Below, piece after piece: positions 46,364 through 55,723 of a DNA stretch of 64,000 bases; the first letter of the stretch is position 1; every line of letters begins with the position of its first letter. Made by a program: the position numbers and the translations under genes. The stretch is from an uncultured Verrucomicrobiota bacterium (GTDB taxonomy: Bacteria; Verrucomicrobiota; Kiritimatiellia; JAAZAB01). The notes under the pieces were generated by a model. It did no database searches. It was not told where the DNA came from and worked only from the letters and a program-made list of their open reading frames with translations. Location: assembly GCA_964475165.1 (NCBI GenBank), contig CAYYVN010000009.1, positions 9,348 through 73,347 on the forward strand, in the 5' to 3' direction.

Positions 46364-47724
46364 ATAGTTCCATCGCCTGGGCTAAAGTTGATTTGAACCG
46401 TTATCCGCAGATCGTCACCTCCAGCGTGCCTGGCCCTCAATCCCAAGCCCAACACAAGCGGGCCGCGGCCATCATGAAGGGCTATTCCGGCCAGGTGAAG
46501 CTCTTCCCGGTGGTCTTTGAGAAGGGGCATGGCTGCACGCTGACCGATGTGGATGGTAATACCTATCTCGATTTTTCATCGGGCATTTATGTCACTACCT
46601 TGGGGCATTGCCATCCCAAGGTGACTGAGGCTGTGCAAAAATATGCCGCTCAGCTGATGAATTGCCACGACTTCACCACGCCCATCAAGCTGCGCTTGCT
46701 GGAGAAACTGCAATCCATTCTGCCTCGGGGTCTGGCGGTGGTGCAGCTCTATGATAGTGGGACTACGGCTGTCGAGGCCGGCTTGCGCGTCTGCCGCGCG
46801 GCCACCCAAAAGCATGAGTTCCTCTCCTGCTACGGCGATTTTCATGGGAAGACCGGTCATGCCGTCAGCCTGGCGCGCATCAACCGCAGCAATGGGCCGA
46901 CGCGCGCGCCCGGCTTTTATATGATGCCGCGCCCCAATCCCTATCGGCCGCTTTTCAAGAAAGCGGATGGCAGTCTGGATACGGATGCTTATCTGGCTTT
47001 CTATGATGAATTCATTCTCGAGGCCACCACGGGGCAGATTGCGGCCATAGTTCTGGAGCCTATCCAGGGTTGGGCGGGATCCATCTTTCCCCCCGATGAT
47101 TTCTTTCCCAAACTGCGCCAATGGTGCGATCGGCATGAGATCCTGCTCTTTGCCGACGAAGTGCTGACCAGTATGGGACGCACGGGCAAGTTTCTGGCCC
47201 TGGAGCATTGGCAGACCGTGCCGGATATCGTCACCCTGGGTAAGGGCTTTGGCAATGGTTTCCCGGTGACGGCCATGGTGGCCCGTGGCGAGTTTGGCGA
47301 GTATTTCGAGAAGATCAGCGCCTCGACCAGCTATGGGGGCAATCCCATGGCCTGCGCGGCGGCCCTGGCCTCGATCGAAGCCATTGAAGAGGAAGGTCTC
47401 CTGGAAAATGCCAAGCGCCTGGAGGATTATTTCATCCCGCGCCTGGCGCAGATGAAGGCGGCCCATCCGATCATCGGCGATGTGCGCTGTAAGGGCTGCC
47501 TGATGGGCGTGGAACTGGTTAAGGATCGCTCCACCAAGGAGCCTTTCCTGGAGGCGGGTAAGCAGGTTTATCAAAGGGCCTTCCGGAAGGGTCTGGCCTG
47601 GATTCCGGCTGGGCATATCCTGCGCATGAGCCCGCCGATCGTCATGGATCTGGATGTGGCCGCTAAGTGCATGGATATCATCGATGAGGCCATCGCCGAA
47701 ACGGAACAAGCGCTGGGCTATTGA
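46360..47724 (+). CDS. Class-III (omega-type) PLP aminotransferase.
   Basis: ...DEVLTSMGRTGKFLALEHW...TLGKGFGNGFPV..., Aminotran_3-like. AAGGAGG RBS. Translationally coupled to deoR. Confidence 0.75.
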   Translation: MNSSIAWAKVDLNRYPQIVTSSVPGPQSQAQHKRAAAIMKGYSGQVKLFPVVFEKGHGCTLTDVDGNTYLDFSSGIYVTTLGHCHPKVTEAVQKYAAQLMNCHDFTTPIKLRLLEKLQSILPRGLAVVQLYDSGTTAVEAGLRVCRAATQKHEFLSCYGDFHGKTGHAVSLARINRSNGPTRAPGFYMMPRPNPYRPLFKKADGSLDTDAYLAFYDEFILEATTGQIAAIVLEPIQGWAGSIFPPDDFFPKLRQWCDRHEILLFADEVLTSMGRTGKFLALEHWQTVPDIVTLGKGFGNGFPVTAMVARGEFGEYFEKISASTSYGGNPMACAAALASIEAIEEEGLLENAKRLEDYFIPRLAQMKAAHPIIGDVRCKGCLMGVELVKDRSTKEPFLEAGKQVYQRAFRKGLAWIPAGHILRMSPPIVMDLDVAAKCMDIIDEAIAETEQALGY

Positions 47725-47738
47725 AGGAAAGGGGCTCC

Positions 47739-48896
47739 ATGAAGACCATCGGATTTGGCATCATTGGCGCCGGGTTGATGGGGCGCGAATTCGCCAGCGC
47801 GGCGGCGCGCTGGGCGCATCTGCCGGAGATGAAAATCCGGCCGCAGATCGTTGCCGTTTGCGATCCCAATCCCGCGGTGCTCGAATGGTATCGCGCCCAT
47901 TTTGCGGCCGGCACCCAATTCACGGATGACTATCATACCCTGCTGGCCAATCCGCAAGTGGAGGCTGTCTATTGCGCCGTGCCCCATCATCTGCATGAGA
48001 GCATCTATACGGCGATCATCCAGGCCGGCAAGCATCTCTTGGGCGAGAAACCCTTTGGCATTGATCTGCCCGCCAACCGGAATATCCTCCAGACGCTCAA
48101 GGCCCATCCCCAGGTCTTCGTGCGTTGCTCCTCGGAATTCCCGTTCTTTCCGGCTGTGCAGCGCATGGGCGCTTTGATCGAAAGTGGCGCTTTCGGCCGC
48201 ATCATCGAGGTCGATGGCTTCTTTTTGCATTCCAGCGATCTCGATCCTCATAAACCCCTCAATTGGAAGCGCACCATCGAGTTCAACGGCGCTTATGGCG
48301 TCCTCGGCGACCTGGGCTTGCATGTCTGCCATGTGCCCTTCCGGGCCGGCTGGATTCCGCGCAATGTGCGCGCCATTCTCTCCGATATCATCAAGGAACG
48401 TCCTGATGGCCGGGGCGGACAGGCGCCCTGTCGGACCTGGGATAACGCCACTTTGCTTTGCGAGGCCCAGGATCCGCTTTCCGGTGATGCCTTCCCCTTG
48501 ACGCTCAAGACGCAGCGCATTGCTCCTGGCGAAAAGAACACCTGGGCCCTCTCCATCCTGGGCACCAAGGCCAGCGCGCGTTTTTCCAGTAAGAATCCCA
48601 AACTCTTACAGCTGTTGGAATATCAGGGCGCTGAGCAGATTTGGCAGCAGCTGGATATGGGGCACGAGACAGCTTTCAAGTCGATCACCGGCGGTATTTT
48701 TGAATTCGGATTTTCGGATGCGCTCTTGCAGATGTGGGCTGCCTTCCTCTACGAGCTGGTGGAGGGATTGCCGCTCAAAAAATTTGCGGCCTGTGTGACA
48801 CCCGCCGAAACCGCCCTCAGCCATCAGCTTTTTACGGCGGCACTCAAGTCGCATGCCAGCCAGGAAGTGATCCGCGTGGGGGAGGGCGCCGTTTAA
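47739..48896 (+). CDS. Gfo/Idh/MocA-family NAD(P) oxidoreductase.
   Basis: MKTIGFGIIGAGLMGREF... Rossmann N-terminus, GEKP motif (HLLGEKPFG). Confidence 0.7.
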   Translation: MKTIGFGIIGAGLMGREFASAAARWAHLPEMKIRPQIVAVCDPNPAVLEWYRAHFAAGTQFTDDYHTLLANPQVEAVYCAVPHHLHESIYTAIIQAGKHLLGEKPFGIDLPANRNILQTLKAHPQVFVRCSSEFPFFPAVQRMGALIESGAFGRIIEVDGFFLHSSDLDPHKPLNWKRTIEFNGAYGVLGDLGLHVCHVPFRAGWIPRNVRAILSDIIKERPDGRGGQAPCRTWDNATLLCEAQDPLSGDAFPLTLKTQRIAPGEKNTWALSILGTKASARFSSKNPKLLQLLEYQGAEQIWQQLDMGHETAFKSITGGIFEFGFSDALLQMWAAFLYELVEGLPLKKFAACVTPAETALSHQLFTAALKSHASQEVIRVGEGAV

Positions 48897-48965
48897 CCCG
48901 CGCGGGGCACCCGCACTTGATCAAGAAAAAGCCAAGCAGTTCATGATGAACACAGAAAGGGACGC

Positions 48966-49775
48966 ATGAAAAATATCAGATTGGAACGCCTCTTCAACCG
49001 CAGTGAACGCACGGTGATCATCGCTATGGATCATGGCGAATTCGATGGGCCGCTCCCCGGAATGATCAATCTGCCGCGCGTAGCCGCTAAAATCGATGCG
49101 AGCGTGGATGGTATTCTGCTCTCGCCGGCCATGTTGCCTCATTGCCGCCAGGCCTTCAATTACAAGGGCGCGCCCCTGGCCGTGGTGCGTCTCAATTGGA
49201 GCACAGTCTATTGTTTTCAGTGGAACTACAAGGAGGCCGTCACCGTGCCGGCTTTCAGTCCGGCCGAAGCCCTGCGCCTGGGCGCGGATGCCGTGCTGAT
49301 TTCGCTGACGCTGCAGACCGGCAGCGAGGCCAACGATGCCCATAACATCGAGGTCTTTCGCGCGCTCTGCGAGCAAGCCAAGCAGCTGGGGCTGCCGGTG
49401 ATCGGCGAGTATTTTCCGGCCGATCCCGATAGTCTTTCCGAGGATGAAATGCACGCCAAGGTCTATGCCTGTGCGCGGATCATCTCCGAGCTGGGCGCCG
49501 ATTGCATCAAAACTTTCTTCACCAATAAATTCAAGGCGGTGGTAGCCAGCTGTCCGGTGCCGGTGCTGGGGCTGGGTGCCGCCAAATGCCCCACTCAATT
49601 GGAGGCTTTGCAGTTGGCCGCCGCCCAGGTGGCCGCCGGCGCCGGCGGCGTGGTCTTCGGCCGTAACGCCATCCAGGTGCCCAATCCGGCGGCCTTTCAG
49701 CGGGCCCTCTGCGATGTGGTCAAGCGCGGGGCGGCCCCGGCCGCGGCCGCCAAGAAGCATGGCTTGCGTGGATAA
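48966..49775 (+). CDS. Class-I aldolase of the DeoC/DhnA (FbaB/LacD-like) family.
   Basis: TIM-barrel aldolase pattern ...VIIAMDHG...GADAVLIS...GADCIKTFFT... The last motif carries the probable Schiff-base Lys. Confidence 0.6.
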   Translation: MKNIRLERLFNRSERTVIIAMDHGEFDGPLPGMINLPRVAAKIDASVDGILLSPAMLPHCRQAFNYKGAPLAVVRLNWSTVYCFQWNYKEAVTVPAFSPAEALRLGADAVLISLTLQTGSEANDAHNIEVFRALCEQAKQLGLPVIGEYFPADPDSLSEDEMHAKVYACARIISELGADCIKTFFTNKFKAVVASCPVPVLGLGAAKCPTQLEALQLAAAQVAAGAGGVVFGRNAIQVPNPAAFQRALCDVVKRGAAPAAAAKKHGLRG

Positions 49776-49915
49776 GCAAAATGCTGACACATGCGGGAGC
49801 TTCTGATAGGCTCAGGCTCTGTTCGCTCGGAGATGGCGGGGCGCTGAGCAGGCAGATAATCTTCAGCTAACAAACAGATCTAAACAGCAAAACTATAAAA
49901 GGGAGACCGTTAGTC

Positions 49916-51184
49916 ATGACTAGCAAGCAACGTCGGCAATCTCGTTCCCGTAAATCTCGTCCCATTCGCCTGGGCGTCGTGGGGCTGGGGCGCGGGCACT
50001 CCTTCACCGGGCCGGGCGCGGAGGCCGCCGGCTTCCAGCTGGTAGCCGTCTGTGACCAGCAGCCGGAGAAGCTCAAGGGTTTCGCCAAGCGTCCCGGGGT
50101 GGCCACCTATACTGATTTCGACCGCTTCCTGAAGCATGATCTGGATGCCGTGGCGCTGGTTAACTATTTCCATCAGCATGCCCCGCTGGCCATTCAGGCC
50201 CTGCGGGCCGGCAAGCATGTCATCAGCGAAACAGCGGCCTGCCATACTCTGGCCGAAGGCGTGGCCCTCATCCGCGCCGTGGAGCAATCCGGCTGCACCT
50301 ATATGTTCGCCGAGAACTATCCCTATAACCGCAGCAATCAGGAGATGCGCCGGCTCTTTCGCAGCGGCGAATTGGGCACCTTTCTCTATGGTGAATGCGA
50401 GTATGTCCATCCCATGAACGCTCATGAAGGCTGCACCTTGCGGCCGGGGCTGGATCACTGGCGCAACTGGGTTCCGGCCACCTACTACTGCACGCATGGC
50501 ATGGGACCGGCCATGTTTATCACCGATACCCGGCCCACGCAGGTGAACGGTTTCGTGGTACCGTTCCCGCCGGATAGTCCCGAATATAAGCTGACCGTTA
50601 AACGTTCCGATTGCGCCAGCATGATCGCCGTGCGCATGGATAATCGCGCGGTGGTCAAGTTGTTGCAGGGTAATTTGCGCCGACACAGCAGCCAAGTGCG
50701 CATCTACGCGGCGCGCGGCTACATGGAGGGCAATGGCCGCAGCGTGACTGTGATTCGCCAGCAATGGCATGAACGCCGGCGTTATCCGGAGGAAGTGACT
50801 TATCTGCCCGATTTCCCTGAAATGCACGAGCTGGCCTTGCGCAGTGGTCATGGCGGCGGCGATTTCTTTATGCTCTATCATTTCGCCGATGCCATTCGCA
50901 GAAAGAAACAGCCTTATTTGGATGTCTATCGCGGGGTAGCCATGTCGGCCGTGGGCATTCAGGCCTATCGTTCGGCCCTGGCCGATGGCGCGCCGATGCC
51001 CGTGCCCGATTTCCGTAAGGCCGCTGTGCGCCGTCAATACGAAGCTGACGATTGGTCGCCCGATCCGGCGCGGCGGCGGCCGGGGCAGCCCTGGCCCAGC
51101 ATCGATGGTGATATCAAACCGTCGGCGACGGGGTTGAAGCATGCGCGCCAGATCTGGCGCCAGATGGGCTATAAGGGCCGCTAG
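49916..51184 (+). CDS. Gfo/Idh/MocA-family oxidoreductase, paralog group A.
   Basis: IRLGVVGLGRGHSF..., ...AGKHVISETAACHTLAEG...ENYPYNRSNQ...YYCTHGMGPAMFITD... Paralogous to the N-terminal half of 55724-57733. Confidence 0.7.
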   Translation: MTSKQRRQSRSRKSRPIRLGVVGLGRGHSFTGPGAEAAGFQLVAVCDQQPEKLKGFAKRPGVATYTDFDRFLKHDLDAVALVNYFHQHAPLAIQALRAGKHVISETAACHTLAEGVALIRAVEQSGCTYMFAENYPYNRSNQEMRRLFRSGELGTFLYGECEYVHPMNAHEGCTLRPGLDHWRNWVPATYYCTHGMGPAMFITDTRPTQVNGFVVPFPPDSPEYKLTVKRSDCASMIAVRMDNRAVVKLLQGNLRRHSSQVRIYAARGYMEGNGRSVTVIRQQWHERRRYPEEVTYLPDFPEMHELALRSGHGGGDFFMLYHFADAIRRKKQPYLDVYRGVAMSAVGIQAYRSALADGAPMPVPDFRKAAVRRQYEADDWSPDPARRRPGQPWPSIDGDIKPSATGLKHARQIWRQMGYKGR

Positions 51185-51245
51185 TATTTCCGGATGGCCC
51201 TGCGCCGCTTGAGGCCGGCGCGTGGCGGCCGGGAGGGGGGGGAGC

Positions 51246-52838
51246 ATGAAGCCTTTATTCGCGGTGCAAGCGGTTGATCAAACCTTTTATGAGCAGCGCT
51301 TGCGCGACTGGTTGCCGGATAAAATCATCGATATCCACACCCATCTCTGGCGCAATCCGGCGGGGGCGCGCGCCGCCGCCCAACCTTCCCGCAGTGTCAC
51401 TTGGCCGGCGCGCGTAGCGGCTCAAAATCCGCTGGAGGATCTGGTGGCAACCTATGAGTTGCTTTTCCCCGGTAAACAGGTGACGCCCCTGATGTTCGCT
51501 TCCGCCCAACATCAGAACTTGCGCCGCGCCAATGCTTATGTGGCCCGCTCGGCCCGCCGCCGGCATTTTCCGGCTTTGATCTATTCGCATCCGCGTTGGA
51601 GCGCCAATCAACTGCTGGAAGAAATCGAACAAGGCGGTTTTCTGGGCGCCAAGAGCTATCTCTCGCTGGCTGAGGATTACTTGCCGGCGGGGGAAATCCG
51701 TATCTACGATTTCTTCCCGCCACACCAGTTGGCGGCGCTCAACCGGCGTGGCTTGATCCTCATGCTGCATATCCCGCGGGCCGCCCGCCTGCGCGATCCG
51801 GTTAACCTGGCCCAACTGCTGGAGATCGAGGAGCGTTATCCGCGCCTGCAGGTGATTGTGGCCCATGTGGGCCGGGCCTATTGCCGGCCTGATATCGGCG
51901 CGGCCTTTCAGAGGCTGGCCGGCACCAAACGCTTGCTCTTCGATATCTCGGCCAATACCAATGCGGAGGTCTTTAGAGAGTTGTTGCGGGCGGTCGGCCC
52001 GGGGCGCGTTCTTTTTGGCAGCGATCTGCCCATCACGCGCATGCGTATGCGGCGTATTTGCGAGGGCGGCCGTTATGTTAACCTGGTGCCTCGCGGTCTC
52101 TATGGCAATCTGGCAGGCGATAAAAATATGCGGGCCCTCTCCGGTGCCGCCGCTCAAGGCCTGACTTTCTTTCTATATGAAGAGCTGGATGCTTTTCGCC
52201 GCGCGGCCAAGGCGGAGCGGCTCACTCAGGGTGATATCCAGGCTGTCTTTCACGATAACGCGGCCGCCCTGCTGGCCAGCGCTGCCAAACAACCCCCGCA
52301 GCAACTGCGCATGGTCTATCCGGCGGCGCGCCGGATCAAGCCGCGCGATCTCAAATTGCCGCCCGGCTACCAGCTGCGCACCTACCGGGCGGATGATGCA
52401 GAGGCTTATATCCGCCTCATGCGCCGCGCAGGGTTCAGGGCCTGGAACAAGGACACTCTCCAGGAGCTCTTGCGGCGCATCTTGCCCGGAGGAATCTTTT
52501 TTATCGTGCACCAGCCCAGCGGCGCCTTGGTGGCTACGGCCAGCGCTCTGCATCATCCGCAGGAGCAGCATCCCAGCGGGGGCGAATTGGGTTGGGTGGC
52601 CTGCGACCCGAAGTGGCGCGGGCGGGGCCTGGGCAGGATCGTCTGCGCGGCGGCGCTCAAGCGTTTTCAAGATGCCGGCTATCGGGAGCTATATCTCTTG
52701 ACCGACGACATCCGCCTGGCGGCCATTCATATCTATTTGGAGCAGGGCTGGAAGCCGCTGCTCTGTGCGCCGGATATGGCGGCGCGCTGGCAAGCCGTTT
52801 TGCAGCAGCTCAATTTAAAAAAGGAGGTTCAGCTATGA
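51246..52838 (+). CDS. Fusion protein: metal-dependent amidohydrolase (Amidohydro_2-like TIM barrel) + C-terminal GNAT N-acetyltransferase.
   Basis: N-terminal IIDIHTHLW (HxH metal site). The C-terminal ~170 aa has the GNAT acetyl-CoA motif (...GWVACDPKWRGRGLGRIVCAAALKRFQDAGYRELYLLTDD...). Confidence 0.6.
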   Translation: MKPLFAVQAVDQTFYEQRLRDWLPDKIIDIHTHLWRNPAGARAAAQPSRSVTWPARVAAQNPLEDLVATYELLFPGKQVTPLMFASAQHQNLRRANAYVARSARRRHFPALIYSHPRWSANQLLEEIEQGGFLGAKSYLSLAEDYLPAGEIRIYDFFPPHQLAALNRRGLILMLHIPRAARLRDPVNLAQLLEIEERYPRLQVIVAHVGRAYCRPDIGAAFQRLAGTKRLLFDISANTNAEVFRELLRAVGPGRVLFGSDLPITRMRMRRICEGGRYVNLVPRGLYGNLAGDKNMRALSGAAAQGLTFFLYEELDAFRRAAKAERLTQGDIQAVFHDNAAALLASAAKQPPQQLRMVYPAARRIKPRDLKLPPGYQLRTYRADDAEAYIRLMRRAGFRAWNKDTLQELLRRILPGGIFFIVHQPSGALVATASALHHPQEQHPSGGELGWVACDPKWRGRGLGRIVCAAALKRFQDAGYRELYLLTDDIRLAAIHIYLEQGWKPLLCAPDMAARWQAVLQQLNLKKEVQL

Positions 52839-54229
52839 CGGAGATTCGCGTGGGCTTGCTCGCTTTTTATCTGGAATTATATGATCGCGTTTCCCCCAAA
52901 CGCCGCCAGCGTATCAATCAGTTTTACGATCAAATCGCGGCCGCCTTGGAGCGCCGCGGCCTGCACATTTTGCGCGCACCGGTTTGTCGTTTGGAGGGGG
53001 AGTTCCGCGCCGCGGTGCGGGGTTTCGAAAAAGAGGGCGCCGAAGCCCTGATCACCCTGCATTTGGCCTATTCGCCCTCTTTGGAATCAGCCGGGGTTTT
53101 GGCCAAAACCGCGCTGCCGATCATTGTTTTGGATACCACTCCGACCTTCGATTACGGCCCCCACCAGGATCCCGATGAACTGATGTTTAATCATGGTATT
53201 CATGGTGTGCAGGATATGTGCAACCTCTTGATCAGGCATGGTAAGCCCTTTCAGATCGAGGCTGGGCATTGGCAGGAATCGGATGTCTTGGCGCGTGTGA
53301 CCGCTGCGGCTTGCGCGGCGCGCATGGCCAGCGCCATGCGCCGCGCGCGCGTCGGACGGATCGGGCCGCCCTTCCGTGGCATGGGCGATTTTGCCGTGCC
53401 CAGCACCGTGCTCAAAAAAACGATGGGCGTTGAAACCGTTCTCTGCCCAGCGGGCACGCTGCGCCGTTTGAGCCGCGCCTTGCGTCCGGCCGAAGAAATG
53501 GCCGAAGCCGCCGCCTGCCGCCTGATCTTCGATGCGCGTCAGATCAGTTCCGCCAGTCTGCGGCGTTCGGTGCGCGCCAGCTTGGCCGTGCGGCACTGGA
53601 TGGAGCAGGAGCATTTAACGGCTTTCACGATGAACTTTCTTTCCATAACCCGCACCCTGGGGCTGCCCACCGTGCCTTTCCTGGAAGCCTGTTTGGCTAT
53701 GGCGCGCGGTAACGGTTACGCCGGTGAGAGCGATGTGCTCACCGCCGCTCTGGTGAGCGCTCTCTTAGCCGCTTATCCCGAGACCACTTTCTCGGAAATG
53801 TTCTGTCCGGATTGGAAGGGCAATCGCATTTTTATCAGTCATATGAGCGAGGTTAATCATCGCTTGCTGGCTAAGCGCCCCTGCCTGCTGGAAAAACCTT
53901 TTCCCTATACCAATGTGCCGGCCCCGCTCAGCGTGGCCGGCTGCCTGCGGGGCGGCCAGGCTGTCTGGGTCAATCTGGCGCCCCTGCCGCAGCAGCGCTT
54001 TCGACTGATCGTGGCGCCGGTGACCATGAAAACCATCCGCGGTCCGGACCGCATGGGCAGCAGCGTGCGCGGTTGGATGGAGCCCTCGGGTAGCGTAGCC
54101 GATTTTCTGGCGGCCTATAGCCGCCTGGGAGGAACGCATCATGCGGCCTTGGTCTATGGCGATGCCGCGCGCAGCATCCTCAGTTTTGGTGAGCTGATGG
54201 GCTGGGAAACAGCTCTCATCGAGCGTTGA
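52835..54229 (+). CDS. L-arabinose-isomerase-family aldose-ketose isomerase.
   Basis: Aligns by eye with AraA (LHLAYSPS ~ WLHTFSPA; AGHWQE ~ TGHWQD; catalytic-Glu region YAGESDVLTA ~ FAGEGDWKTA). AAGGAGG RBS. ATGA overlap with the upstream gene. Confidence 0.6.
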   Translation: MTEIRVGLLAFYLELYDRVSPKRRQRINQFYDQIAAALERRGLHILRAPVCRLEGEFRAAVRGFEKEGAEALITLHLAYSPSLESAGVLAKTALPIIVLDTTPTFDYGPHQDPDELMFNHGIHGVQDMCNLLIRHGKPFQIEAGHWQESDVLARVTAAACAARMASAMRRARVGRIGPPFRGMGDFAVPSTVLKKTMGVETVLCPAGTLRRLSRALRPAEEMAEAAACRLIFDARQISSASLRRSVRASLAVRHWMEQEHLTAFTMNFLSITRTLGLPTVPFLEACLAMARGNGYAGESDVLTAALVSALLAAYPETTFSEMFCPDWKGNRIFISHMSEVNHRLLAKRPCLLEKPFPYTNVPAPLSVAGCLRGGQAVWVNLAPLPQQRFRLIVAPVTMKTIRGPDRMGSSVRGWMEPSGSVADFLAAYSRLGGTHHAALVYGDAARSILSFGELMGWETALIER

Positions 54230-54231
54230 GC

Positions 54232-55689
54232 ATGAAAGATGCCGCATATCTTGGTTTGGATCTGGGCGGGACCGGCGCCAAGGCGGGACTCTTTAACGCC
54301 GAGGGCTCTCTCTTAGGCTTGGGGCAGGCGCGTTTCGAGCCGCAGATCTCACCGGCCGGGCATGCTGAAATAGCTATCGATGAAATTTATCTGGCGGCAC
54401 GCCAGGCGGTCCGCCAGGCCTTGGCCGGCAGCGGGGCGCGGGTTTTGGCGCTGGCGATATCTTCCCAGGGACAAACCTTCGTGGCCCTGGATGAAGATGA
54501 TCGACCCTTGCATCCGGCGATTATGTGGTATGATAGCCGTGCGGCTGAGCAGGCCGCCCAGTTACAGGCGGCGGCCGCGCATTTTTCGGGAGCTGTGCCT
54601 GAGCCCAGCGCTATTGCTACCGCATCAAAAATCCTTTGGCTCCGGGCGCAGCGGCCGGAGCTCATGCGGCGCGCCAGGCGCTATCTGCTTTTGCCGGATT
54701 ATTTCGCCTATCGACTCAGCGGTGAAGCGGTCACCGATCCGAATACGGCCGCGACCACCGCTCTCTATACCGCGGATGGTTTTGGCTATCATGCGGGTTT
54801 GCTGGAGGCCGTTGGCCTAGAGCTTGCACAATTGGCGCGGGTTTTACCCTGTGGCAGTCCGGTGGCGCCCGTGCGCCCTGAGCTAGCCGCCGAGTGGGGC
54901 TTGGCTCCGGAAACCCTCTTGGTCACCGGCACCAACGATCAGTATGCCGGCGCGCTGGGCGCCGGCAATTGCCGCCCCGGCATCCTCAGCGAAACTTCCG
55001 GTACCTGCCTGGCGATGGTGACCTTGACCGAACAAAGACTCGAGCCAGTGCCCTGCGGCTTGTTCACGGGGCGTTTCCCGATTGCGGCCTATTATTATCT
55101 GTTGGCCTATTCCAAGACCGCCGGGGTGGTGCTCGATTGGTTTCGCAAAAATTTTGCGCCGACGGCCAGTTTGGAAGATTTGACTCAAGCCGCCGCCGGC
55201 GTGCCGATCGGTGCGCATGGCGTGAGCATGTTACCGACTTTCGATGGCGCCATCTCCCCTCGGCCCAATCAGGCTTTGCGGGGAGTTTTTGCTAATCTTT
55301 CCCTGCAACATACCAGCGCCGATTTGTTCCGGGCTATCCTGGAGGCACTCTCTTTTGCCCTGCATGAAAATATCCTGCATCTCAGCGCCAATGGCTTTGC
55401 GCCGGAGGTGATTCGTTCCATCGGCGGCGGCGCGCGCAATGATTTTTGGTTACAGATGAAGGCCGATCTCACCGGCCTGACGGTCGAAAAGCCCGCCGTC
55501 ACCGAGGCCGCTGTCTTGGGTGCGGCTATGCTGGCGGCCAGTGGCCAAGGGGCCTATCGTTCGCTGGCCGAAGCCAGTGCCGCTTTATACCGTCCCAGTC
55601 GCCTTTTCAATCCGGATCCTGAGCGGCACGGGGCCTATCAGGAAGCCTATCAGCGTTATCAGAAACTGCGCTGTCGCTGGCCGGATTGA
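54232..55689 (+). CDS. FGGY-family carbohydrate kinase (xylulokinase-like).
   Basis: MKDAAYLGLDLGGTGAKAGLF...; second actin-fold motif ...IRSIGGGARNDFWLQMKADL... Its start is 3 nt after the upstream stop. Confidence 0.75.
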   Translation: MKDAAYLGLDLGGTGAKAGLFNAEGSLLGLGQARFEPQISPAGHAEIAIDEIYLAARQAVRQALAGSGARVLALAISSQGQTFVALDEDDRPLHPAIMWYDSRAAEQAAQLQAAAAHFSGAVPEPSAIATASKILWLRAQRPELMRRARRYLLLPDYFAYRLSGEAVTDPNTAATTALYTADGFGYHAGLLEAVGLELAQLARVLPCGSPVAPVRPELAAEWGLAPETLLVTGTNDQYAGALGAGNCRPGILSETSGTCLAMVTLTEQRLEPVPCGLFTGRFPIAAYYYLLAYSKTAGVVLDWFRKNFAPTASLEDLTQAAAGVPIGAHGVSMLPTFDGAISPRPNQALRGVFANLSLQHTSADLFRAILEALSFALHENILHLSANGFAPEVIRSIGGGARNDFWLQMKADLTGLTVEKPAVTEAAVLGAAMLAASGQGAYRSLAEASAALYRPSRLFNPDPERHGAYQEAYQRYQKLRCRWPD

Positions 55690-55723
55690 GTGAGTTCCCT
55701 GAGCAGCCATATAGGAGCCATGC

